Assembly: GCA_028696995.1 (NCBI GenBank)
Contig: JAQVFY010000004.1
Location: 1-60,426, forward strand
Direction of reading: 5' to 3'
DNA from: Patescibacteria group bacterium
GTDB lineage: Bacteria > Patescibacteriota > Patescibacteriia > Patescibacteriales > UBA12465
DNA: 60,426 nucleotides
In this document: positions 26,539 through 35,983 of the stretch, in pieces
Layout: each line of letters starts with the position of its first letter
Position numbering within the stretch: position 1 is the stretch's first letter
Position numbers and translations under genes: made by a program
The notes under the pieces: generated by a model
Told to the model about the DNA's origin: nothing
What the model saw: only the letters and a program-made list of their open reading frames with translations
Database searches by the model: none

Positions 26539-26567
26539 TTGCTTTATTTTTTATTCTATGATATCAT
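26539..26567 (+). promoter_or_regulatory. sigma70 promoter TTGCTT-17-TGaTATCAT upstream of rpmE
   Basis: TTGCTT is at 26539-26544, the spacer is 17 nt ending in TGA, and TATCAT is at 26562-26567. Confidence 0.5.
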
Positions 26568-26619
26568 CAAACACATCCATTAACCATAATGGTTTTATTA
26601 TTTACATTATACCATAAAT

Positions 26620-26892
26620 ATGAAAAAAGACATCCACCCAAAATACAACAACAAAATCAAGGCAGTTTGTGCCTGTGGTTTTGTTATGGAAACCGGATCA
26701 GTTGATTCCGAAATCAAGACCGAGCTATGTTCAGCTTGTCATCCTTTTTATACCGGAAAACAAAAATTAGTTGATACTGCCAACCGCGTTGGTAAATTCA
26801 AGGCTAAATTAGAAAAAAAAGCTGAAGCTCCAAAAGGAAAAACTGCCAAAAGAGCTGCTAAAGCTAAAAAACAAAGCGAAAAAAACCAATAA
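26620..26892 (+). CDS. rpmE: 50S ribosomal protein L31 (zinc-binding type) with a Lys/Ala-rich C-terminal extension
   Basis: The product starts MKKDIHPKY, followed by CACG...CSACHPFYTGKQK. At 90 aa it is longer than the usual length of about 70 aa. Confidence 0.9.
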   Translation: MKKDIHPKYNNKIKAVCACGFVMETGSVDSEIKTELCSACHPFYTGKQKLVDTANRVGKFKAKLEKKAEAPKGKTAKRAAKAKKQSEKNQ

Positions 26893-26965
26893 CAAATTAC
26901 TTATAAAAATAAAAGCGCCATTTTCGGGGCTTTTATTTTATCTAAAAATAAATTAAACTATAGAT

Positions 26966-28009
26966 ATGACTATTTCCGAAATAAAAACTAAATACAAAGA
27001 ACTAGAAGAAAACCTTTCTAAACCAGAAATAATTTCTGACCGAGAAAAAGCTAGTAAACTAGCCAAAGAACATGCCGTCCTAAAGAAGGCCTATACTTTA
27101 ATTTGTGAAATAGAAAAATTAGATGAAAATATTTCTGGTAATGAAGAAATTATAAAAAGCGAAACTAACTCTGAACTAGGAAAAATGGCCCAAGAAGAAT
27201 TAAGCGAATTACAAAAAATTAAGGAAAAATTAGAAAAAGAATTACACGAAGAATTAAATCCAGCTGACCCCAACGACAAAAAAAGTGTAATAGTGGAAAT
27301 AAGAGCTGGAGCCGGAGGCGATGAAGGAGCTTTATTCACAGCCGAATTATTTAGAATGTATCTACGCTTCGCTGAAAAGATGAATTGGAAAACAGAAGTC
27401 CTAAGTTCTAGTGAAATTGGAATTGGCGGTTATAAAGAAATAATTTTTTCGGTGGAAGGACTAGGAGCTTATGGTTATTTAAAATACGAAGCAGGAACTC
27501 ATCGTGTTCAAAGAGTTCCTGAAACCGAAAAGCAAGGCCGAGTTCACACCTCCACCTCAACTGTAATAGTATTACCTGAGGCCGAAGAGATTGATGTTAA
27601 AATAGAACCAAGCGATATCAGAATAGATACTTTTTGCTCTTCGGGTCCCGGTGGTCAAAGCGTTAATACTACCTATTCAGCTATTCGTATAACACATATC
27701 CCTACTGGTTTAATTGCCAGTTGTCAAGATCAAAAATCACAACACCAAAACAAAGAAAAGGCTATGCAAATTTTACGCTCTAGATTATTGGCTAAAATAG
27801 AGGAAGAAAAATCAGCTAAAAATTCTCAAGAAAGAAAAGACCAAATCGGTCGAGGTGATAGAAGTGACAAAATCCGCACCTATAATTTTCCCCAAAGTCG
27901 TATCACTGATCATCGCGCTAATAAATCTTGGCACAATATTGACGAAATAATGAGTGGGGGCATTGAAGAGATGATTAACGATATTAAATTGGAATTAAAT
28001 AAGAAATAA
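26966..28009 (+). CDS. prfA: peptide chain release factor 1
   Basis: The 347-aa product carries the GGQ motif (SGPGGQSVNTT) and a PET tripeptide at the RF1 PxT position (QRVPETEKQGRVHTS). Confidence 0.9.
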   Translation: MTISEIKTKYKELEENLSKPEIISDREKASKLAKEHAVLKKAYTLICEIEKLDENISGNEEIIKSETNSELGKMAQEELSELQKIKEKLEKELHEELNPADPNDKKSVIVEIRAGAGGDEGALFTAELFRMYLRFAEKMNWKTEVLSSSEIGIGGYKEIIFSVEGLGAYGYLKYEAGTHRVQRVPETEKQGRVHTSTSTVIVLPEAEEIDVKIEPSDIRIDTFCSSGPGGQSVNTTYSAIRITHIPTGLIASCQDQKSQHQNKEKAMQILRSRLLAKIEEEKSAKNSQERKDQIGRGDRSDKIRTYNFPQSRITDHRANKSWHNIDEIMSGGIEEMINDIKLELNKK

Positions 28010-28022
28010 AAAAACCCCAAAA

Positions 28023-28355
28023 TTAATTGGGGAATACTTCAAAAATTTCTTCTATTTTTTCACCCAAGATTACAATAACCTTCGAATTTTTCTCCTTAAA
28101 AAAGGATACTATATCTTCAAAATATTTCTCGGATAATTTTTCATAATAAGGCAAAATATTAACCAAACTACAGGTAAGAGAAGGATTTAGTGATCCATCA
28201 ACCTCATAATATAACATCACCACACTACAATCCTCAATATCGCCAAATTTTTTAATTAAAAATTCAGCTATTTCCTCCTTTTCTATATTCAAGGTTTTAT
28301 TTACATCAAAAACCTTTAAATAAATCAACATATAACCTCCTTTTTTATTTAACAT
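28023..28355 (-). CDS. hypothetical small acidic protein
   Basis: The 110-aa ORF (or about 102 aa from M9) lies on the opposite strand between prfA and prmC. I recognise no motif. The hairpin CCCCAA-N6-TTGGGG at 28014-28031 spans its stop codon. Confidence 0.4.
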   Translation of the reverse strand: MLNKKGGYMLIYLKVFDVNKTLNIEKEEIAEFLIKKFGDIEDCSVVMLYYEVDGSLNPSLTCSLVNILPYYEKLSEKYFEDIVSFFKEKNSKVIVILGEKIEEIFEVFPN

Positions 28356-28390
28356 TTTTTAAAAAACAATCATAAGATAATAATACAAAA

Positions 28391-29284
28391 ATGACAATAA
28401 ATCAAGCCCTAAAAAAATCTCAAGAAAAACTAAAAGAAAATATCAATAATTATCAAAAAGAAGCTCTATTAATTGCTTCCTTTGTTTTAAATTTGTGCCC
28501 CGAAAAAATAATCACCCAATTAGATAAAAAAATAAGCTTATCCCAATTTAAAAAAATAATTAAACTATCAAAAAAAAGATCGCAAAATTGGCCCCTAGCT
28601 TATTTAACGGGAATAAAAAGTTTCTATAACCTAGATTTTATGATTAATAAAAACACCTTAATTCCTCGCCCAGAAAGCGAATTAATAATAGACCAAATAA
28701 CTAAAAATAATTTCAACGCCTCTGATCAAAAAAAGATCATAATTGATATTGGAACTGGGTCAGGTTGCTTGATTATTAGTATAGCTAGCATCTTAAAAAA
28801 TAAAAAAAATATTTTCTTTTATGCTATTGATGTTAGTAAAAAAACCTTAAAAATGGCCAAGAAAAACGCTAAAAAACATAAGCTAAGAAAAAATATAAAA
28901 TTCTTAAAAGGAGACTTACTAAAACCTATCAGAAAAAAATTAAGAAATATAAAAAAAGAAAACCATATAATTATAATGGCCAATCTTCCCTATTTAACCA
29001 AAAAAGAAATAGAAAAAGAAGCTAGTATTAAAAAAGAACCTCGACGGGCCTTATATGGCGGAAGAGATGGTCTAAAATATTATAAAGAATTATGGTCACA
29101 AATTAAAAAAATAAAAAACAAAAACAACAATATCAATTTCACAGTTTATCAGGAAATAAATGATTGGCAAAAAGAAGACCTGGAAAAAATGATTATAAAA
29201 AAAATGAAAGGTTTCAGCCTTCAAAATGAAATAATAAAAGATTTAAAAAATCAACAGAGATTATTGATAAGTAAAATCCAATAA
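28391..29284 (+). CDS. prmC: release factor glutamine N5-methyltransferase
   Basis: The 297-aa product carries DIGTGSGCL motif I and NLPY, a variant of the NPPY catalytic motif. It lies close to prfA. Confidence 0.8.
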   Translation: MTINQALKKSQEKLKENINNYQKEALLIASFVLNLCPEKIITQLDKKISLSQFKKIIKLSKKRSQNWPLAYLTGIKSFYNLDFMINKNTLIPRPESELIIDQITKNNFNASDQKKIIIDIGTGSGCLIISIASILKNKKNIFFYAIDVSKKTLKMAKKNAKKHKLRKNIKFLKGDLLKPIRKKLRNIKKENHIIIMANLPYLTKKEIEKEASIKKEPRRALYGGRDGLKYYKELWSQIKKIKNKNNNINFTVYQEINDWQKEDLEKMIIKKMKGFSLQNEIIKDLKNQQRLLISKIQ

Positions 29285-29294
29285 AAACTAATCC

Positions 29295-30422
29295 TTAAAA
29301 ACTAAAATTATCAATCTCAACCGAAGTTCCCTCATCAATCAAATGTATCCAAGTTTTTCCGATATTAAAAATAAGCTCCTCGTTATTATCATAATAATAA
29401 ATAGTTCTATCACTATTTTTTATTTTTTCCCAATATCCATTTTGGCAAAAACCATCAAGACAAATAACGGCCTCACCCCGCCCCAACAAATCTATCTCTA
29501 ACCTCAGCTCACTATCTAAAATTTTAGTATCAACAAACTGTAAAATCAAATTATCGGCTGAAATAATCTCACCGCTATCATCAGTTTGATCCTCTTGAGA
29601 TATTTTTTTTAAATAAATATTATCTCTATAATTATATTGCCACTTAGTATCATATTGATGTTGGCCATTTTTTATATTAATCTCAGAATTATTTTTTTCA
29701 TTTTTAAATTCAAAATTATCTTCTTCAAAAACAAATTCTGATTTAGTTTTAAATTTCCAAGGAAGAAAATTAGAATTACTTAAATTTTTATCTTGCAAAT
29801 ATTCTTTTATCTTCTGATAGTCGGCTAACACATTATGCGGGGCAATATATTTATCGTATCTAATAAAATAATAGGAATTATAAAATTCATTGAGGGTTAA
29901 TAATTTCTCCTTAATTATTCTGGCCAAGGACGCCGGACTGCCTCCACAATGGAGCATTAAAGCCTGATACTCTAAAGATATGTCCAAAAAATAAGGACGA
30001 GCACTTCTGATTGGCCCTATTTTAAAATCACCCTCTAAATCAGATCGAAAAAAAGCCAAATATCTATTTATCCCTCCCTCAGCTGGAACATCATAAACCA
30101 AACTAGCCCGACTTAAACCAAACTGAGGACGAGCGTCACTATGATTATCTAAAACAGCTGAAACTAAAAAGGGATTCTCCTCCCCCGAAAGAACCAAAGC
30201 CCCATCTATCAAGCGATTTTGACAAGAATCAACGCACACTTCATCTAATATTATATCATCACTTTCCTTCCCATAATTATCAAAACCTTCTTGAGAATTT
30301 TTTTTAATCAAAATTACAGAAAATAATATTACTAATAATAAAATAACAAAAAAATAAAAAAACATTTTATATTTTTTAAAAATGTTCTTGGCGCTATTAA
30401 TTTTATTTTTAATAAAAACCAT
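29295..30422 (-). CDS. DUF3048-family membrane-anchored or secreted protein
   Basis: The 375-aa product has an N-terminal TM helix. It carries RPQFGLSRASLVYDVPAEGGINRYLAFF, typical of the YerB/DUF3048 family. Confidence 0.65.
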   Translation of the reverse strand: MVFIKNKINSAKNIFKKYKMFFYFFVILLLVILFSVILIKKNSQEGFDNYGKESDDIILDEVCVDSCQNRLIDGALVLSGEENPFLVSAVLDNHSDARPQFGLSRASLVYDVPAEGGINRYLAFFRSDLEGDFKIGPIRSARPYFLDISLEYQALMLHCGGSPASLARIIKEKLLTLNEFYNSYYFIRYDKYIAPHNVLADYQKIKEYLQDKNLSNSNFLPWKFKTKSEFVFEEDNFEFKNEKNNSEINIKNGQHQYDTKWQYNYRDNIYLKKISQEDQTDDSGEIISADNLILQFVDTKILDSELRLEIDLLGRGEAVICLDGFCQNGYWEKIKNSDRTIYYYDNNEELIFNIGKTWIHLIDEGTSVEIDNFSF

Positions 30423-30432
30423 TTTTATAAAT

Positions 30433-31650
30433 TTACAAACTATTAATTTCGGCTAAAGTCTCTCTAGCACATTTTTCCCAACTAAAGTTCTTAGAATGGG
30501 ATAAGCCCTTAGATATTAATTCTCTACGCAAATCTTCGTTATTTAAAATGTTACTTATTTTCTCAGACAAATCTATCGGATCAAAACGATCAAAAAATAA
30601 AGCATTATCTTGAGCCACTTCTTGTAAAACCTCAATATTAGACAAAAGAACCGGAGCTCCACAAGCCATGGCCTGAAGAACCGGAATACCAAAACCTTCA
30701 TACAAGGAAGGAAAAATAAAGATTTGGGCCTTATTAAATATAAAAGGTAAATCAACTTCATCTACCCAGCCCAAAATAATAACATCATTTTCTAGACATA
30801 GCTCTTCTATCATATAGCGCATTTCATCATAACCAAAACCGGCGCTACCAATTAAAACTAATTTTTCTCGACTATCTTTGTTGTTTTCTTTAAAATAAGC
30901 AAATCCTTCTATTAAATTATAAATATTTTTCTTTCTTTCCATCCTACCTATATACAACAAAAAAGGTTCTTCAATTCCATAGCGCCTCAAGACATTATTC
31001 ATCGAAGCCTCATCACTAATTAAGTGATAGATATTATTAGGAAAACCATTATATACAACCTTTATTTTATCCACCTTAACTTTTTTATAATTTTTTAAAA
31101 TATCATTTTTAGTGAAGTGAGAGACGGTAATTATTTTTCGAGCCCTTTTCAAAGCAAACTTAGTCGACCATTTTAAATAATCAATTGATTTAAAATTATA
31201 TCGACCTAAAGTAAAAATTTTTACTAAAAATCTCAAAAATTTATCAACTCGATTAGAGCTACTTGATAAAACTTCTTGCCCATAAATAGACTGGTTACTA
31301 ATAAAGGCAATGTCATGAATAGTATTGATAGTTTTTTTAGGAAAAAACAATGGTAAAGAATGAGCTGGAACAAAAAGAACATCAGGACGACGAAAAATCA
31401 TTTCTAAACTCAGACGACCCATGGTCCAAAAGTATTTAAAGGGCCACTCCAAAACCTTAACTTTAACATTTTTATTATTGTCTAAATCTAAATCATTTAA
31501 AAAAGCCCGGTTTAAAGGCTTATCAGAATACAAAATATATTTATTTTCTTTATCAATCTTAACTAAATTAGTAATCAAATAATAGGAATACCATTCGGTT
31601 CCAGTTTTAAAATCACGATTAGCTCGCGAAGCATCTATTCCGATAGTCAT
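30433..31650 (-). CDS. family 4 (GT-B) glycosyltransferase
   Basis: The 405-aa product carries the C-terminal YEGFGIPVLQAMACGAPVLLSN motif. Confidence 0.8.
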   Translation of the reverse strand: MTIGIDASRANRDFKTGTEWYSYYLITNLVKIDKENKYILYSDKPLNRAFLNDLDLDNNKNVKVKVLEWPFKYFWTMGRLSLEMIFRRPDVLFVPAHSLPLFFPKKTINTIHDIAFISNQSIYGQEVLSSSSNRVDKFLRFLVKIFTLGRYNFKSIDYLKWSTKFALKRARKIITVSHFTKNDILKNYKKVKVDKIKVVYNGFPNNIYHLISDEASMNNVLRRYGIEEPFLLYIGRMERKKNIYNLIEGFAYFKENNKDSREKLVLIGSAGFGYDEMRYMIEELCLENDVIILGWVDEVDLPFIFNKAQIFIFPSLYEGFGIPVLQAMACGAPVLLSNIEVLQEVAQDNALFFDRFDPIDLSEKISNILNNEDLRRELISKGLSHSKNFSWEKCARETLAEINSL

Positions 31651-31651
31651 A

Positions 31652-32665
31652 TTATTTAGTAGCTAAAATACTCCTTTTATAAGAATCTAGATTATCTAAA
31701 GCAATGCCAGTTCCCTTCGCTACACATAAAAGTGGATCATCGGCTATATAGGCCGAAACTCCTAAGGCTTGGGCAAATAATTGATCAATATTCCTTAATA
31801 TAGCGGTTCCCCCGGTTAAAACAATGCCCTTATCAATAATGTCAGCTACTAACTCGGGTGGAGTTTGTTGAAGTATTTTTTTAGCTGTATTTAAAATTAT
31901 TTCTAATTCTCCAGAAATAGCCGAAGTAACATCATTACTATTAACCTCAATAGTTTTGGGTAAACCACTAACCCCGTCTCTTCCATTTATTTCCATAAAT
32001 AATCGGCTTTCATCATCTAAAAACATAGCTGATCCTACTTTTATCTTCATTTCCTCAGCTGTTCTCTCCCCAATAACTAAACCATATTTTTTTCGAACAT
32101 ATTCCAAAATAGCTAAATCTAATTTATTACCACCTACTCGAACCGAAGTAGAAGAAACTACTCCCCCTAAGGAAATAACCGCCATCTCCGATGTTCCACC
32201 GCCGATATCGACCACCATATGCCCAGTAGCAGAACTAATGGGAATATTAGCGCCAATAGCAGCAGCTACTGGTTCTTTAATAATATAAGCAGCCTTGGCT
32301 CCAGCGGCGATGGTTGCCTCAATAACAGCGCGTCTTTCGGTTGAAGAAATTCCAGCAGGAACAGCCACCATAACCTCAGGACGAAAAATTCTAATTTTAC
32401 CTAAAGTTTTATTGATAAAATAACGAATCATAGCTTCAGTAGTGCGATAGTCAGCAATAACCCCCTCCTTTAATGGTTTTAAAGCAATAATAGTATCAGG
32501 AGTGCGACCCAACATATCTTTAGCCTCATTTCCAACCGCCAAAACCTTATTATCATCAATAGAAACAGCCACGACGCTTGGTTCGTTAATAACTACACCT
32601 CTTTTTGGCAGATAAACTAAAGTATAAGTTGTTCCTAGATCTATTCCAATTCGTTTTACCATCAT
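31652..32665 (-). CDS. mreB: rod shape-determining actin homolog MreB (paralog 1)
   Basis: The 337-aa product carries IGIDLGTTYT, NEPSVVA, DIGGGTSE and GIVLTGGTA. Confidence 0.9.
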   Translation of the reverse strand: MMVKRIGIDLGTTYTLVYLPKRGVVINEPSVVAVSIDDNKVLAVGNEAKDMLGRTPDTIIALKPLKEGVIADYRTTEAMIRYFINKTLGKIRIFRPEVMVAVPAGISSTERRAVIEATIAAGAKAAYIIKEPVAAAIGANIPISSATGHMVVDIGGGTSEMAVISLGGVVSSTSVRVGGNKLDLAILEYVRKKYGLVIGERTAEEMKIKVGSAMFLDDESRLFMEINGRDGVSGLPKTIEVNSNDVTSAISGELEIILNTAKKILQQTPPELVADIIDKGIVLTGGTAILRNIDQLFAQALGVSAYIADDPLLCVAKGTGIALDNLDSYKRSILATK

Positions 32666-32725
32666 ATTTTTATAATTTTAGTATAAATACATAATAACGA
32701 TTTATTGGATTTTAGTCAATAAAAC

Positions 32726-33982
32726 TTAATCCTTTCTCAAAGCCTCAACCGGGTCTAGTCGGCCAGCCTTTCTAGCCGGAAGAAGACCAAACAGAACCCC
32801 AAAAAATAAAGCAAATAATATAGAAACCACAAAAGCCTTGAATGGCAAAACAAATTTCCATTCCAGACCAAAATAATTAGCCCCCAAACAAATCAAGAAA
32901 GAAAATAAAATTCCCAAAATTATTCCAAAAAAAGCCCCAATCAAAGTTATTAAAATCGATTCGATTAAAAATTGACGCATAATATCAGAAAATTTAGCTC
33001 CCACCGCCTTGCGCAAACCAATCTCCGGAGTTCTTTCAGAAACTATTACATACATAACATTTAATATTCCCACTCCGCCAACTATCAAAGAAATTGTTAC
33101 TATTAAAAGTAATAAGATAGTAATACTATTAGTAATATTCTTAGAAGTCTTTAACATTTCTCCCATTGTAGTCACTCTAAAATCATCTCTATCGGGATTA
33201 GGAATATCATGATTTTCTCGAAGAATCTCTCTCATAATTTCAGCAGTTTCCTCTGATTGATTAGGATCAATTATTTTATGAACCATATACATAAAATAAT
33301 CTATACCCATTATTTTCTTCTGTAAAGTTTTAACTGGTAAAAAAACCATGGAATCAAAATCAAGACCCACGGTTGCTCCGCGCTCCTCCAATACCCCTAT
33401 CACCTGATAACGTCCTCTTTTAATAGTAACAGTTTTCCCAACAGGATCATCTTCTTGAAAAATGTCCTGTGCAATTTTAGAACCCAAAACTATTACTTGA
33501 GACAAGGAATTATTATCACTATCAGTAAAAAAATAGCCACTACTAACTTCGGACTTATCAATATTAATATAATCAGGACCAACTCCGAATAAAAAAACTT
33601 TCTTAGTTTCGCTGAGATAAGTCAATGTTTCCTGACTGAGAATAGCCCCATAACCAGAAGAAACATTATCTATCTTTTTTATATCTTCCAAATCTTTTTC
33701 CTTCATAGTAGTAACCTGCACCCCACTAGCAATAGCTCCAGCACTATCTGTTTCGGCTTCCATGCCTTTTTTAGAACTAGGAACTCGCACCTCAGTCTGA
33801 ATAATATTAGTACCAAAAGCCTCAATTTGACCAATTATCAAACTTCGAATGCCTTCTCCCGCTGAAAAAACAATAATAATACTAGCGATGCCAATAACCA
33901 TGCCTAATACAGTCAGGGTCGTTCTCATTTTGTTTTTAATCATCGCTATCAGCGATAATCGGACAACTTCTTTTATTCTCAT
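32726..33982 (-). CDS. MacB/FtsX-type ABC transporter permease
   Basis: The 418-aa product has an N-terminal TM helix, a large extracytoplasmic domain and a C-terminal FtsX 3-TM bundle. It ends in GLLPARKAGRLDPVEALR. Confidence 0.85.
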   Translation of the reverse strand: MRIKEVVRLSLIAMIKNKMRTTLTVLGMVIGIASIIIVFSAGEGIRSLIIGQIEAFGTNIIQTEVRVPSSKKGMEAETDSAGAIASGVQVTTMKEKDLEDIKKIDNVSSGYGAILSQETLTYLSETKKVFLFGVGPDYINIDKSEVSSGYFFTDSDNNSLSQVIVLGSKIAQDIFQEDDPVGKTVTIKRGRYQVIGVLEERGATVGLDFDSMVFLPVKTLQKKIMGIDYFMYMVHKIIDPNQSEETAEIMREILRENHDIPNPDRDDFRVTTMGEMLKTSKNITNSITILLLLIVTISLIVGGVGILNVMYVIVSERTPEIGLRKAVGAKFSDIMRQFLIESILITLIGAFFGIILGILFSFLICLGANYFGLEWKFVLPFKAFVVSILFALFFGVLFGLLPARKAGRLDPVEALRKD

Positions 33983-33994
33983 ATATTAGAAAAA

Positions 33995-35251
33995 TTATTC
34001 ATAACTCAAGGCCTCCACCGGCTCCAATTTACTAGCTCGTTTAGCTGGATAAATTCCAAAAACTAAACCTACTAAAGCCGAAATACTAACTGCTAATAAT
34101 ACTGAAATAGGACCAACCACAAAAGCCCAATCATAATTAAGAGAAACCATTATTAATGATATCAACCAAGAAATAATGACCCCTAAAATAATACCGATAA
34201 TTCCCCCTATTAAAGTTAAAAAAACTGATTCTAATAAAAATTGACTAATAATATTTCTATTAGAAGCTCCAATAGCTTTTCTAACTCCGATCTCCCTAGT
34301 TCTTTCATTGACACTAATAAGCATAATATTCATTATCCCGATTCCACCGACTACTAGAGATAATCCGGCCATTAAGGCTAGAAAATATTTCAAAGCATCA
34401 GTAATTGTTTTAATTAAATCCAATAACTCTGTTAAGCTACGAACAGAAAAATCATCACTATCGCCACTCTGATCAAGAATTCCATGATTAGTTCGTAAAA
34501 TAATTTCAACTTCATTTATCACTAAATCGACATCGGCTGATTCTTCTGGCTTGATAGTGATCATATTTAAATAATCAATGCCAGCAATATTTTTTTGCAT
34601 GGTTTTCAGCGGTAATAATACCTTATCATCATAATTACTAAAGGCCACCTGCCCTCGCTCTTCTAAGACTCCAATGATATTAAAAATTTGTCTATTTATT
34701 TTAACCCTTTGGCCAACCGCTATGGAGTCACCAAATAATTCCTCTTTAACAGTGCTACCTAAAACAACCACCTTAGCCAAGCTATCATTTTCCTCTTCTG
34801 TAAAAAATCTTCCTGAAGATAATTCCCCTCCTTCAGTATCTAAATAAGCTTCAGTTACTCCCTCTAAATTAGTATCATAAGAATTGTTTTGAAAAGAAAC
34901 AGTTCCTACACCATTAACATAAGCAGTTAGAGCTGAAATCCCAATATCATTTTTAGATCTTTCTATAGAATTTAAATCATCTAAACTAAGAGAGGTTACT
35001 ACTATTCCTAAAACTGAAGTTGGTGGACCACTATCATCTGATTTTCCGGGAGTAACAGAAATAGTATTAGAGCCAATGCTTTCAATTTGTCCCAAAATCA
35101 AACTCTGAGCCCCAGCTCCAACTGACATAATAACTATAACAGAAGCTACACCAATTATAATTCCCAGCATAGTTAAAAAGCTCCTAGTTTTATTAGCCTT
35201 AAGAGCTTTAATTGAAGTTCTAAATGATTGTTTAAAGTTTAAGATATTCAT
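33995..35251 (-). CDS. MacB/FtsX-type ABC transporter permease (paralog)
   Basis: The 418-aa product has the same architecture as its neighbour and ends in GIYPAKRASKLEPVEAL. Confidence 0.85.
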   Translation of the reverse strand: MNILNFKQSFRTSIKALKANKTRSFLTMLGIIIGVASVIVIMSVGAGAQSLILGQIESIGSNTISVTPGKSDDSGPPTSVLGIVVTSLSLDDLNSIERSKNDIGISALTAYVNGVGTVSFQNNSYDTNLEGVTEAYLDTEGGELSSGRFFTEEENDSLAKVVVLGSTVKEELFGDSIAVGQRVKINRQIFNIIGVLEERGQVAFSNYDDKVLLPLKTMQKNIAGIDYLNMITIKPEESADVDLVINEVEIILRTNHGILDQSGDSDDFSVRSLTELLDLIKTITDALKYFLALMAGLSLVVGGIGIMNIMLISVNERTREIGVRKAIGASNRNIISQFLLESVFLTLIGGIIGIILGVIISWLISLIMVSLNYDWAFVVGPISVLLAVSISALVGLVFGIYPAKRASKLEPVEALSYE

Positions 35252-35263
35252 ACCAAATAATAA

Positions 35264-35977
35264 TTACTTTAAGAGCTCGGCCTCTTTAGCAAACCTCCTA
35301 TTCTTAACAACCTCGTCACTCAATATCAGGCCATCCTTAACCCTAATAATCCTCTTAGCGTGTTCGGCTGTAAAAGTCTCGTGAGTAACTAAAATAATAG
35401 TATTGCCCTCTTCGTTCAATTTCTGTAAAATATTCATAATTTGAGTACCCGACTTAGAATCCAAATTCCCCGTTGGCTCATCAGCAAAAATAACCGAAGG
35501 ATTATTAACCAAAGCTCGAGCAATAGCCACTCTCTGTTTTTCTCCTCCCGAAATCTGATTAGTGTAATAATTCAAACGATGCCCCAAACCAACACTATCT
35601 AGAACTTTTTTAGCCCTGTCACCCATATTTTTCCGATTATCCGAATAAGTCAAAGGTAAAATAACATTATCTAAAACAGAAGTCTTGGGTAGTAAATTAA
35701 AAGATTGAAAAACAAAACCAATTTTTTTATTACGAAAACCAGCTAACTGATCATCGTCTAACTCATTAACATTCTGTCCATCAAATTCATAAGAACCATC
35801 ACTAAGACGATCGAGTAACCCTAAAATATGCATCAAAGTTGATTTACCTGAACCAGAAGGACCCATAATAGAAACAAATTCCCCCTTATCAATATCAAAA
35901 GAAACTCCATGCAAAACTCTGGTGACAACATCACCAGAGTTAAATTCTTTTTTTAGATCTCTAATTTTTATTAACAT
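35264..35977 (-). CDS. ABC transporter ATP-binding protein (MacB/LolD class)
   Basis: The product carries Walker [10 protein letters not shown], the signature [14 protein letters not shown] and Walker [13 protein letters not shown]. Confidence 0.9.
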   Translation of the reverse strand: MLIKIRDLKKEFNSGDVVTRVLHGVSFDIDKGEFVSIMGPSGSGKSTLMHILGLLDRLSDGSYEFDGQNVNELDDDQLAGFRNKKIGFVFQSFNLLPKTSVLDNVILPLTYSDNRKNMGDRAKKVLDSVGLGHRLNYYTNQISGGEKQRVAIARALVNNPSVIFADEPTGNLDSKSGTQIMNILQKLNEEGNTIILVTHETFTAEHAKRIIRVKDGLILSDEVVKNRRFAKEAELLK

Positions 35978-35983
35978 ATCAAT

